DNA of 64,000 nucleotides from Lewinellaceae bacterium. GTDB taxonomy: Bacteria; Bacteroidota; Bacteroidia; Chitinophagales; Saprospiraceae. Under the pieces are notes generated by a model that saw only the letters and a list, made by a program, of their open reading frames with translations, was not told the DNA's origin and searched no databases. The position numbers and the translations under genes are program-made. Positions 8,878 to 18,593 of this stretch are shown here, piece after piece; within the stretch, counting starts at the first letter, position 1, and the number at the start of each line of letters is the position of its first letter. The stretch spans positions 204,641 through 268,640 of the forward strand of contig JACJXW010000009.1 in the NCBI GenBank assembly GCA_020636405.1, in the 5' to 3' direction.

Positions 8878-9516
8878 GTATTTTTTAAGGGTTACTAAAT
8901 GAGGGAATGAATGACGAATGATGGGCATTCCGGCATCCTTCTGTGCATTCCCTCAACCGCAGCCGCATTCCTGCTGCCTGGACGGGAGCGCCTTGCTCTT
9001 TTCCCCTTATTAACAGATAATTAGAATCCTATTAGAAGTACTAAAATACCGCTCTCAGGGTATATAGTATAGGCAAAGTTGATATATATTTGTACCCATC
9101 TGGTAGCTCGGGCTATAGCCCGGCAGTTACCTCTACAGAGGGCCGGGCAACAGCCCGACCCTAATGAATATTTTGAAGAGACGGCCTGTTGATTAACCGA
9201 TGTAGGTGAAGTTTCTTTTTTACAATCAGAATCCCATGAACAGAAAAAAGTACACTAATTCGACCCGAGGTGTCCCAATTCCTCACTTCCTCTTTCCTTT
9301 AATTTCATTGCGAACAATTCCCAAACGACATTAAGAGCCACCCTGTGTTTGCCTGTCGGCCACGGATCGTGGGCTGGCAGTGGCATGTATTACCGTTAGG
9401 AAAATACACTTTCCACCAGCTCCTGTTGACGGTTTTTCCGTCCGGGAGGGTAGGGGAGTTGTGATCTGACATGACCTGAATTTCAATAAATTATCATTTT
9501 AACAAATTGTGATCTT

Positions 9517-12500
9517 ATGGAAAAAACGAATTCTACTTTCGTTTCCGCCTTCACATGGCTGAAAGCGCTGGCACTTCTGCTGGTGTTTGGCTTCGCGGGG
9601 GCCCAGCAGGCTTATGCGCAACCACCTCAGCTGGTGGTGTTCGACGCCGGCGGGTTGCCTCCTGTATCGCCGATGACCAAAGTCCTTCCCGAAGGGCAAT
9701 GCGGTTATCAGTTTCAGTGGACGGTAAACGTTTTTGACCTTGCCGGCCCGGCTACCGCTACGGCCTACATCAACACCACGACGGTCTCCACCTCCGTTAA
9801 CCCGGGAGCTACCCTGATGCAACTCGGAGCCGGACAGACCTATGTGCTGGACGTCATTGCCGCCGTGGGCACCAACACGCTCACCATCCGCAAGGACGGC
9901 CCCAGCGGGTCGGTCACCCAGACTTACATCATCATCGTCGATGACGTCCGGGCTCCGCAGATCTACGGGCCCGGCAACATGACCGTGGAAGTGCCAAGCT
10001 GTGACGTGGACGGCATTCCGGTCAACTGGACCATTTCTACTGTCGACGATTGCGACCTTGCCCCGATACTGCGGCATACAGGCGGCCCGGCCAGCGGCTC
10101 GGTGCTGTCGCCTGCCGGCAGCCCCTACACGGTCAGCTATTCTTCTACCGACGATGACGGCAACGTTGCCACATACAGCTTTACTGTCACCGTCAACCAG
10201 TCGCCAGACCCCGATCCCATCATTGACGTGTCCGGCAACGGCCAGTTCTCCGTACCGGCCTGCCAGCCCGGCGCTTCGGTCATCTTTACCGGCAACGTCA
10301 TTGACTGCGGCATTTCGGCTAACTCCAACCTGGCTGGCCAAATCACGGTTTCCGGCGCTCCGCTGACGGTGTCCTACATCCAGGTAGAGAACGGATTCGC
10401 CTTTTTTGAGGCTACCGGAAGCCTGGCTCCCGGGATCTACCCGATCAACGTTTCCTACGGCGGAGTGACTGTCCAAACCCTGTTCACCGTGGTTCAGGAC
10501 GCCAACCAGTTGCCGGACATCCATATGCCGGGCAACCTGACGTTCCTGTTGCCGGCCTGTACCAACCAGATCTCCGGCCGTTTCGCCATCACCATCACGG
10601 ACGATTGCGACCCGGTGATCAGCACCAGCCCCAGCCGTTTGTCCTTCACCTACAGAAGAACAGGCGCTGCCACGGCTTCTCCGTTGACCTGGACGGCTGG
10701 TTCCGACCTCGCTCAGGGTTACTTCGAGTTCGAACGCGCCCTTACTGCTGCTGACAACGGCGCAGTGATCACCGCTTCGTACCGCGACGGAGCCAACAAC
10801 CTGCGGGTGGTCAACGCTACCCTCAGCGTAGTGAGCCAGCCTGATACCTGGGCGCCGCTCATCATTTATCCTTCTCAGGACATCAACGTCGCGCTGGACC
10901 CCTGTGAGTCCGACCCGGCCGTGGTTTTCTTTGAAGTCACTGTGACTGACAATTGCGATGGTGACTACACCTTCGCCCCGGATGTGGTTCCGGGTTCTAA
11001 CTATACGGTAGACGTATTCCTCGTCAGCCAGAACGGCGGCGGTTCAGGTGCGGTCTCTCCGGTCCTGATCGGAGGGCAGACCTTCCTGCTGCTGCTCGAC
11101 CCGGGCGTTTATCAGGTGGTGATCTCTGCGGAAGATGCCGCCGGCAATGACCGCCAGGAAGACTTCTTCGTGGTGGTTACCCAGGCTGCTCCTCCGCCGA
11201 CCAACCTGGCCTGCAATGTGGATATGAACATCACCGTCGATGGCAACTGCCAGCGTTTCATCACCGCCGATATGGTGCTGGAAGGCAGCTTCGGCTGTGC
11301 TCAGGAATCTGATTTCCGGGTGAACATCGTCAACGACGACGACCCCACCAACGGCAATATCCTGGATGGATGCGGAAGGTTCATTTACGAAGTAACCTAC
11401 GTCGGCCCCGACCTGAACGGCCCGGCACAGGGTGGCAGCGGCGGCCCCGGCACCGTGGTCAACGGATTTAACGGCGCCTTCGCTCCGGCCAACTGGACCA
11501 TTACCTACCCGCCTTCTGTAGGCACGGGGGGCTCGGCCGGCCCCGGCACCGTAAACTTTACGGCTACTTCACTGCTGATCGAATCCGGCGATGACGCCGG
11601 CGCGATCGTATCCATCCCGATGCCGGCCAATGGCCAGCTCCGGTTCGACTACTCTTTCCGCCATGAAGATGACATTCAGGACGACATGCTTCTGATCGAC
11701 CTCAATGGCAACGTCATCCTCGACCTTATGGGCACTGCCGCCGATCAGGTCGTTACGGGCAGCGGCTCCGTAAACCAGCCTGTTCAGACGGGTTGGGTGC
11801 TCCTCTACGCAGTAAGAGGAGACGGTTTCGCCACGGGCGGAGTGACTTCCTTCATCCAGGTGGACAACTTCGCATTTACCACTTCCGGTGTTGGCGGTGG
11901 CGGTTTGTTCCCCTTCTTTAACTGGCAGAACTGCTGGGGTTACATCACCGGCGAAGACAAGGCCGCACCGGCGCTTACTTGTCCGGCGAATACCAGCCAG
12001 GGCACCATCGTGGAGAGCTGCTACTCGACTACTGGCAACCTGGCCACTTCTGACCTGAACATGCAGCCGCTGAACTTCTCCTGCTTCATCGACGGCCAGG
12101 CCGGTATCGATCCCGGAGTTCACTACTACGACCTGATCCCGTTCCAGGTGGACCGCACCGACTACTACACCATTCTGGTGAGTGACCAGTTTGTGACTTC
12201 CACCGGCGCCGCTTCTGCGGAGGAGAGCGCTATTGCACTGTTCCAGGGCGGGTTCTCTCCCTCGAACCCTTGTGAGAACATCATCGCGTTCCAGGACGAG
12301 CCCATCGACAATATCAACCCGCCGCTGGGCAACGGCGACCCCTACCTCCGTTTGACCATGCCGCTGGTTGCCGGTGAGACCTACTACCTGTGGATCACTT
12401 CTGACGATGCACTGGCTACCGGAACGTATTCGATTGACATCTGCCCGGACAATACCGGCCGCGTCGGCCTGTTCCAGCAGACGACCGTCCTGAACCCGCT

Positions 12501-15500
12501 GACCTGGGAACCGATGGTGGTCAACAATACGCAGCTGTGGCCGACCCGCAACGTCACCATCCCGCTGCCCTTGTTCTGCGAAGACTTTGACCTGATCTAT
12601 AACAATCCGGCCAGCCTCGCCATCACAGGCGCACCGCAGGCCAGCGACAACTGCGACAACAGCGTTACCGTAACCTTCGTAGATACGTATACCAGTGCAG
12701 GCGATTGTGCTCCGATCATCATCCGCCGTACCTTCCGGGCTGTGGACGACAAGGGCAACGCTTCTACCTGTACGCAGACCATCACCCTGAACCGCCCGGA
12801 TGACCTCGACGTGGAATTCCCGCCGCGCACGGTGCCGATCGAGTGCGACGAGCAGTTCGCCATCCTGCCCAACGGCAACCCGCACCCCAGCGTTTCGGGT
12901 TATCCGTTCATCCTCACGGTCAGCGGCATTCAGAACCTGTCGCAGGCTTACTGCAACATCGGCGCCAGCTATGTCGACCGTACCCGGGTGAACGTTTGTG
13001 CCGGCGCCTTCAAATTCGTACGCGACTGGACGGTGATCGACTGGTGTGACGGCGACAATATCGCAACCGACCAGCAGGTGATCAAAGTGGGCGACTTTAC
13101 CGCGCCTGCCGTTACCTGCCCGGGCCCGGGCCCGCTGGTGTACTCCACCAGCCCGTTCAGCTGTACCGCAGCCTTCTCCGTACCCCTGCCGGTAGTAACG
13201 GATAACTGTTCCAACTACCAGGTAAAATCGGAGATCGTCACTGAGGTAGAGGTACAGGTAACCAACCAGTATGGCATCGTTACCGGTACCCGCACGGATA
13301 CTGTTGTCGTGCGCACTGTGCTCTGGAACGCTCCGAGCCGTCTGGTGAGCGGCATCCCCGCCGGCAACCACTACTTCCGCTATACCGTGAATGATGACTG
13401 TGGCAACCAGGTGGTCGTTTACTGCCCGTTCACCGCCAAAGACCAGATCGAGCCGACGGCTATTTGCGATGATAACCTGAACATTTCCATCGGCGGCGGC
13501 TCCTTTACCTACAGTGGCCCGCTGGCCAACGTACGGTCTCGCGTTTACGCTACGGACATCAACGAAGGTTCGAACGACAACTGTGCCATCGACCGGATCG
13601 AGGTACGCCGCAATAAGTTCAACCCCGTCACTTACGACTGTGGCACCGGCTTCTCCAACTGGGGCCCCTACGTCGACTTCTTCTGCTGTGACGTTGGTGT
13701 ATCCATCACCATTGAAATGCGCGTAATCGACAAGGCCGGCAACATCAATACCTGCTGGCTGGACATCGTGCCGGAAGAGAAGGTGCGCCCGTACTGCTAC
13801 GCGCCGGCGCCGAGAACGATCGACTGCGATGACCTGCCCTACAGCTTCAATGCTACCGACACCCTGCAGCTGCAGGCCCTGTTCGGCGATGCTACTTCCG
13901 ACGACAACTGCGGCTCTTACGAGCGCGAATTGCCGCCGGTACCGGATCTGGAGTGTGGTTTCGGCACCATCATCCGCCGCTTCCGCGCAGTTGACGTGAA
14001 CCGCAACGAAAGTGTGAACTTCTGCCAGCAGGTGGTCACCATCCGCGAAGTACACAACTACGAGATCAAGTTCCCGAAAGATGCAGAGGCGATCTGTGGC
14101 GTGGTGGAACCCGATAGCGTAATTTACGAAGAGATCGGCTGCGACCTGTTGGCCGTGAACCATACCGACGAGTTCTTCTCCGCCTCCGGCAACGAATGTT
14201 ACAAGATCTTCCGTAAGTGGAAGGTGATCAACTGGTGCCAGTACGACGGCCAGAGCGACCAGCCGCTGGTCATTGGCCGCGACGAGGACTGCGACGGCGC
14301 TCCTGGCGACGAAGCGGTATGGGTGCTGCACCGCCCGGGCGGGTTTAACTACATCGACCGCGATGACGACGAGACCGAGCCGAACAACGTACCGCTGGCC
14401 TTCCAGAACATCTGCAACGGCATCGATGACTTCTGGCGCAAGGTGGACTACAACGGCGGTTACTACCAGTACACTCAGATCATCAAGGTATACGACAACA
14501 TCGATCCGGAGATCATTGCCGCGCCGCAGGACTTCTGTTCCTACGACAACGTAACCTGCACCGGCCTGGTGGGCCTTCCGTTCACGATCGACGAGAACTG
14601 TACGCCCAATGACCTGACGATCAAGGTGTTCCTCGATGCCGGCGCCAATGGTTCCATCGACGCCAACCTGTTGAACATCACGGATGGACTGTTCGACGAC
14701 TTCCGCCTGACCGGATCTTATCCGAACTACCAGTTGAACGGCCGCTTCCCGATCGGTTGCCATGCCTTCGAAGTACATGTAGAAGATGGCTGCGGCAACG
14801 TGAACAGCGAGCTGCTGGACTTCTGCGTCGTAGACTGCAAGGCCCCGGCACCGGTATGTATCAACGGGCTGGCGCTCGAGCTGATGCCGGTGGACCTCAA
14901 TGGCGATAACGTACCGGACGATGGCCGTATGGTGATCTGGGCGAGCGATTTCATCGTATCTCCTTCCTCAGACTGCACCGGCCCGATCAAATACTCGATC
15001 AACCGCACGGGCGATGCTCCGAACGTAGACTCTACAGGCATCACCCTCACCTGCGCTGATACCGGTACGGTGGTGGTTGAGATCTGGGCATACGACGGCG
15101 CTGGCAACAGCGACTTCTGCGAGACTTACGTTCTCGTACAAGACAATATGAACCTGTGTGGCCCGAGCCCGCTGGCCGTTGGTGCCGCCGGCGCGATCGC
15201 TACCGAGGTAAACAATGCTGTAGAAGATGTACAGGTAAGCCTCTCCGGCCAGGCGTCGGCTTCCATGATGACGAACAGTACCGGGTCTTACAGCTTCAAT
15301 AACCTGCAGCAAGGCTACGATTATACCGTCACGCCACGCCGCAACGGCGACTACCTCAACGGGGTATCTACCTTCGACCTGGTGCTGATGAGCAAGCACA
15401 TTCTGGGTGTTCAGCCGCTGAACAGCCCGTACAAGATGATCGCTGCCGACGTCAACAACAGCAAGTCGATCACGACCCTCGACCTGATCCAGCTGCGCAA

Positions 15501-16419
15501 GCTGATCCTGTCGATCGATACCCAGATGAGCAACAATACCAGCTGGCGCTTCGTGAAGCGTTCCTACGTCTTCCCGCGGCCGAACAACCCCTGGTTTGAA
15601 GCCTTCCCCGAAGTGGTGAACATCAACAACCTGCCGGGCACGGGCATCAGCAATGCCGACTTCGTTGCCATCAAGGTTGGGGACGTCAACCTGGATGCAC
15701 AGACCAACAGCCTGCTCGGCGTCCAGGGCCGTACAATGGCCGGCGCCTTCGCCTTCAATGTCGAGGATGTTGAGGTAAAGGCAGGACAGGAGTACACAGT
15801 TGCTTTCACTGCCGCCGACATCGCTTCCATCGAAGGCTACCAGGCAACGCTGGTGTTCAACAACAGCGCGCTGGAACTGGTGGATATCGTCGAGGGTGAA
15901 GTGAAGAAGGAGAACTTCGGCCTGGTGTACGCCAACGAAGGGCTCATCACCACCAGCTGGAACCAGATTGCGAACAGCGAACAGCGAAATGCGAATACCG
16001 TGATGTTCAGCCTCGTATTCCGCAGCAAGGCGGATGCCCGCTTGAGCGGCTTGCTGAGCGTAAGCTCCCGCATTACGAAGGCGGAGGCCTACCGTTCCAA
16101 CGGAGACCTCCTCGACGTTGCCATCGAGTTTGCCGGCACTACAGTGGCTGCAGCCAACAACTTTGAGCTGTACCAGAACACGCCGAACCCCTTCAAAGGG
16201 GAGACGCTGATCGGATTCAACCTGCCGGCAGACGGCAAGGTGACGGTGACGATCAGTGACGTGACCGGCAAAGTACTGAAACTGGTTCGCCTGGATGGCG
16301 TCATGGGGTACAACAACGTAGTTGTGAACTCCAATGACCTGCCGGCCGCCGGCGTACTGTACTACACGGTGGAAACCGCTGGCCATACCGCTACGAAGAA
16401 GATGGTTATCATCGAATAA
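9517..16419 (+). CDS. Giant (2300 aa) secreted cell-surface adhesin-like protein with repeated HYR-like Cys-spaced modules, a dockerin-like segment and a T9SS (type A) C-terminal sorting domain
   Basis: Signal peptide (ALALLLVFGFAGAQQAYA). Many ...DNC/DDC...W modules. DVNNSKSITTLDLIQLRKLIL (dockerin-like). C-terminus FELYQNTPNPFKGETLIGFNLP..VTISDVTGKVL typical of the Por secretion tail. Confidence 0.85.
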   Translation: MEKTNSTFVSAFTWLKALALLLVFGFAGAQQAYAQPPQLVVFDAGGLPPVSPMTKVLPEGQCGYQFQWTVNVFDLAGPATATAYINTTTVSTSVNPGATLMQLGAGQTYVLDVIAAVGTNTLTIRKDGPSGSVTQTYIIIVDDVRAPQIYGPGNMTVEVPSCDVDGIPVNWTISTVDDCDLAPILRHTGGPASGSVLSPAGSPYTVSYSSTDDDGNVATYSFTVTVNQSPDPDPIIDVSGNGQFSVPACQPGASVIFTGNVIDCGISANSNLAGQITVSGAPLTVSYIQVENGFAFFEATGSLAPGIYPINVSYGGVTVQTLFTVVQDANQLPDIHMPGNLTFLLPACTNQISGRFAITITDDCDPVISTSPSRLSFTYRRTGAATASPLTWTAGSDLAQGYFEFERALTAADNGAVITASYRDGANNLRVVNATLSVVSQPDTWAPLIIYPSQDINVALDPCESDPAVVFFEVTVTDNCDGDYTFAPDVVPGSNYTVDVFLVSQNGGGSGAVSPVLIGGQTFLLLLDPGVYQVVISAEDAAGNDRQEDFFVVVTQAAPPPTNLACNVDMNITVDGNCQRFITADMVLEGSFGCAQESDFRVNIVNDDDPTNGNILDGCGRFIYEVTYVGPDLNGPAQGGSGGPGTVVNGFNGAFAPANWTITYPPSVGTGGSAGPGTVNFTATSLLIESGDDAGAIVSIPMPANGQLRFDYSFRHEDDIQDDMLLIDLNGNVILDLMGTAADQVVTGSGSVNQPVQTGWVLLYAVRGDGFATGGVTSFIQVDNFAFTTSGVGGGGLFPFFNWQNCWGYITGEDKAAPALTCPANTSQGTIVESCYSTTGNLATSDLNMQPLNFSCFIDGQAGIDPGVHYYDLIPFQVDRTDYYTILVSDQFVTSTGAASAEESAIALFQGGFSPSNPCENIIAFQDEPIDNINPPLGNGDPYLRLTMPLVAGETYYLWITSDDALATGTYSIDICPDNTGRVGLFQQTTVLNPLTWEPMVVNNTQLWPTRNVTIPLPLFCEDFDLIYNNPASLAITGAPQASDNCDNSVTVTFVDTYTSAGDCAPIIIRRTFRAVDDKGNASTCTQTITLNRPDDLDVEFPPRTVPIECDEQFAILPNGNPHPSVSGYPFILTVSGIQNLSQAYCNIGASYVDRTRVNVCAGAFKFVRDWTVIDWCDGDNIATDQQVIKVGDFTAPAVTCPGPGPLVYSTSPFSCTAAFSVPLPVVTDNCSNYQVKSEIVTEVEVQVTNQYGIVTGTRTDTVVVRTVLWNAPSRLVSGIPAGNHYFRYTVNDDCGNQVVVYCPFTAKDQIEPTAICDDNLNISIGGGSFTYSGPLANVRSRVYATDINEGSNDNCAIDRIEVRRNKFNPVTYDCGTGFSNWGPYVDFFCCDVGVSITIEMRVIDKAGNINTCWLDIVPEEKVRPYCYAPAPRTIDCDDLPYSFNATDTLQLQALFGDATSDDNCGSYERELPPVPDLECGFGTIIRRFRAVDVNRNESVNFCQQVVTIREVHNYEIKFPKDAEAICGVVEPDSVIYEEIGCDLLAVNHTDEFFSASGNECYKIFRKWKVINWCQYDGQSDQPLVIGRDEDCDGAPGDEAVWVLHRPGGFNYIDRDDDETEPNNVPLAFQNICNGIDDFWRKVDYNGGYYQYTQIIKVYDNIDPEIIAAPQDFCSYDNVTCTGLVGLPFTIDENCTPNDLTIKVFLDAGANGSIDANLLNITDGLFDDFRLTGSYPNYQLNGRFPIGCHAFEVHVEDGCGNVNSELLDFCVVDCKAPAPVCINGLALELMPVDLNGDNVPDDGRMVIWASDFIVSPSSDCTGPIKYSINRTGDAPNVDSTGITLTCADTGTVVVEIWAYDGAGNSDFCETYVLVQDNMNLCGPSPLAVGAAGAIATEVNNAVEDVQVSLSGQASASMMTNSTGSYSFNNLQQGYDYTVTPRRNGDYLNGVSTFDLVLMSKHILGVQPLNSPYKMIAADVNNSKSITTLDLIQLRKLILSIDTQMSNNTSWRFVKRSYVFPRPNNPWFEAFPEVVNINNLPGTGISNADFVAIKVGDVNLDAQTNSLLGVQGRTMAGAFAFNVEDVEVKAGQEYTVAFTAADIASIEGYQATLVFNNSALELVDIVEGEVKKENFGLVYANEGLITTSWNQIANSEQRNANTVMFSLVFRSKADARLSGLLSVSSRITKAEAYRSNGDLLDVAIEFAGTTVAAANNFELYQNTPNPFKGETLIGFNLPADGKVTVTISDVTGKVLKLVRLDGVMGYNNVVVNSNDLPAAGVLYYTVETAGHTATKKMVIIE

Positions 16420-16433
16420 CCGAACCAATGAGT

Positions 16434-16474
16434 AAACATGAGTCATCGTACCTTAAGTGCGATGACTCATGTTT
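16434..16474 (+). terminator. Perfect 15-bp stem hairpin just after the adhesin stop codon (possible terminator; weak T tract)
   Basis: AAACATGAGTCATCG - 11-nt loop - CGATGACTCATGTTT, 15 nt after the stop at 16419. Confidence 0.4.
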
Positions 16475-16539
16475 CCACTTTGGGGCATCTCCAATTGACC
16501 GCTACCCATATTTCTTGTATTTTTGAGAAAAAGTTGGAA

Positions 16540-17133
16540 ATGCCTTTCACTACCCTTTCAGAATTGGATGTTAATAAGCGTTATTCTTACGCTGATTACC
16601 TCATGTGGGAATTGCAGGAGCGGGTTGAACTCATTAAAGGGAAGATCTATAAAATGAGCCCGGCCCCTGGTACAGAGCACCAGAAGATTTCCCGCCAGTT
16701 GAGCCTTCGGATCTTTCAGTATTTTGACAAAAAAGAGTGCCAGGCCTTTTCAGCTCCTTTTGATGTTCGCCTTCCAAAGAAGGAAAAGAGCAACGATGAG
16801 GAGACATTCACAGTTGTACAACCGGACTTATGCGTGATATGTGATCCTGAGAAACTAGACGAAAGAGGGTGCCATGGGGCTCCGGACCTAATAATAGAGA
16901 TACTGTCGCCGGGAAACTCCAAGAAAGAAATGCGAGAGAAGTATGAAGTGTATCAGGAAACGGGAGTACGCGAATATTGGTTGGTAAATCCTACCGATAA
17001 GACAGTGCTGGTTTATGTTCGGTCAGAAGTAGGGCAATTCGTCGGGCTGCAACCCATGACCGAAGACCAGGAAGCTCGGGCAGCCATTTTTCCTGATCTG
17101 AAGATAGACTTGAAAGAGGTTTTTAACTCCTAG
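16540..17133 (+). CDS. Uma2-family (DUF820) putative restriction-endonuclease-like protein
   Basis: Family-typical layout: ELIKGKIYKMSPAPGTEHQ..., PDLCVI...PDLIIEILSPGNSKKEM..K...Y...GVREYWLVNP. Start placed at ATG 16540, since the longer ORF begins inside the upstream hairpin. Confidence 0.75.
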   Translation: MPFTTLSELDVNKRYSYADYLMWELQERVELIKGKIYKMSPAPGTEHQKISRQLSLRIFQYFDKKECQAFSAPFDVRLPKKEKSNDEETFTVVQPDLCVICDPEKLDERGCHGAPDLIIEILSPGNSKKEMREKYEVYQETGVREYWLVNPTDKTVLVYVRSEVGQFVGLQPMTEDQEARAAIFPDLKIDLKEVFNS

Positions 17134-17156
17134 CGCATCTTAGCTGTTTTTCCTCC

Positions 17157-18092
17157 CTATTCCAACTGGATATCGATATCCACCCTTTCCAATTCTCCTC
17201 CCTTTTTTATGACGCTGGGCAATGCCTGGACGATCGCCTCTTTGATGGCCACCAGCAACCGGTCGCGGGCGAAGCCGTGGTAAGCCACCAGGCTGATCTC
17301 CCGGGCGGGGGCGGGGGGCTGAAATGGTTTCAGCCGTTGGCGCTGTTTTTTTGCCATGGAGATTGTCGCCAGTTGAGGCAGGATGGTGATGCCCTGCTGG
17401 GAATCCACCAGTTGGATGAGTGTTTCGATGCTTCCGGCTTCATAGTCCAGCCGTTGGCCGGCCTTTTGACGCAAATCGCACAAGTTGACGACCTGAGACT
17501 GGAAGCAGTGGGCTTCTTCCAGCAGCCAGAGCTGGTTGGGGTCGATGTCTTTGGGCACCAGGTATTCTTTCTGGTAAGTATTGGTGGTGTATACTACAAA
17601 AGGCTCGTAAAATACAGGGTGTTCGTCGATACCGGGATAATTGACCGGCGTGGCCATCAGCCCCACATCGAGGCTGCCTTCCCGGAGGTGCTGAATGATC
17701 TGCTGGGTGGTGTACTCCCAGATCCTCAACTTTACACCCGGGTATTTTTCCAGAAATGGGCGGGCGAACAAGGGCAGGATGTAGGGCGCCAGGGTCGGGA
17801 TGATGCCCATGTTGATGGTGCCTTCGATATGCCCTTTGTAGGCTTTTACTAATTCCGTTATGCCCTCCGCTTCCTTCAGGGCTTTGCGGGCCCGTTCCAG
17901 GATCAGTTCTCCCACGGGGGTAGTGCTGACCGGTTTGCGGCTCCGGTCGAATATCTTCACCCCCAATTCCTCCTCCAGTTTCTGGATCATCATGCTCAAC
18001 GTCGGTTGGGTGACGAAGCAGGCCTCGGCTGCCCGGGCAAAGTGCCGGTGACGGGCCACGGCGAGGACGTATTCAAGCTGTTGAAGCGTCAT
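17157..18092 (-). CDS. oxyR: LysR-family redox regulator OxyR
   Basis: N-terminal LysR HTH (MTLQQLEYVLAVARHRHFARAAEACFVTQPTLSMMIQKLEEELG). The redox Cys pair has OxyR spacing (HCFQSQVVNLC, equivalent to the C199-x8-C208 context LLEEAHC). Confidence 0.8.
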   Translation of the reverse strand: MTLQQLEYVLAVARHRHFARAAEACFVTQPTLSMMIQKLEEELGVKIFDRSRKPVSTTPVGELILERARKALKEAEGITELVKAYKGHIEGTINMGIIPTLAPYILPLFARPFLEKYPGVKLRIWEYTTQQIIQHLREGSLDVGLMATPVNYPGIDEHPVFYEPFVVYTTNTYQKEYLVPKDIDPNQLWLLEEAHCFQSQVVNLCDLRQKAGQRLDYEAGSIETLIQLVDSQQGITILPQLATISMAKKQRQRLKPFQPPAPAREISLVAYHGFARDRLLVAIKEAIVQALPSVIKKGGELERVDIDIQLE

Positions 18093-18244
18093 TTGTAAAT
18101 AGATTTCATCTATGCAAAGATAGATATTATCAGTTTGATTTATTGGTTCATCCAAGGCAACTTTAAAAAGAAGAAAGTTGCTTACCCCTCCTGTGAATGT
18201 CCTCACCCATGCTGTGATCTATTTTAAGACGCATACATAATATA

Positions 18245-18275
18245 GGCTCTTTCCAACCGGGAAGAGCCCTTTTTC
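18245..18275 (+). terminator. Rho-independent terminator-like hairpin with no annotated upstream + strand gene
   Basis: GGCTCTTTCC-AACC-GGGAAGAGCC (10 bp, one G-U) followed by CTTTTTC. Confidence 0.5.
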
Positions 18276-18402
18276 GTGTGCCGCGGGCTCGCTCCTTCCG
18301 GCGCCGTCTATTGTAGGGCTTTAATTTTTCGACCCTGTATATTGGTATTATGCCGAGAAGCCGTATTTTTAAAAACGCGCTGGCCCCTACTGTACATAGC
18401 GC

Positions 18403-18573
18403 CTGAGTACTCTGTAAAATAAATATCTTCTGCTTATGAACGTATCTTTCCGCCCTACCCGTCGTCTCGTCCTCGCCGTGATAGCTAAGGCTATCAGGCT
18501 CCGGGCGTTCCTCGGTTAGAACGAAAATCCACCGTTCATAAACGAGAATTTACTTAATTTACAGAGTACTGAG
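18403..18573. repeat. ~170-bp long hairpin element, second member of the AGTACWCTGTAAA family
   Basis: Arms TGAGTACTCTGTAAAATAAAT / ATTTACTTAATTTACAGAGTACTGAG, plus inner TTATGAACG / CGTTCATAA complementarity. Ends 20 nt before the start codon at 18594. Confidence 0.7.
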
Positions 18574-18593
18574 CAACAATCAAAACGCCCCCT

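Noticed and set aside
11569-14778. 1069-aa minus-strand ORF, plus 9499-10524 and 14968-16446, all antisense to the giant adhesin gene
   Set aside because: Typical GC-rich antisense shadow ORFs (Val/Gly/Ala/Asp/Arg-rich, no motifs). The sense strand carries clear signal-peptide, HYR-like and T9SS signatures.
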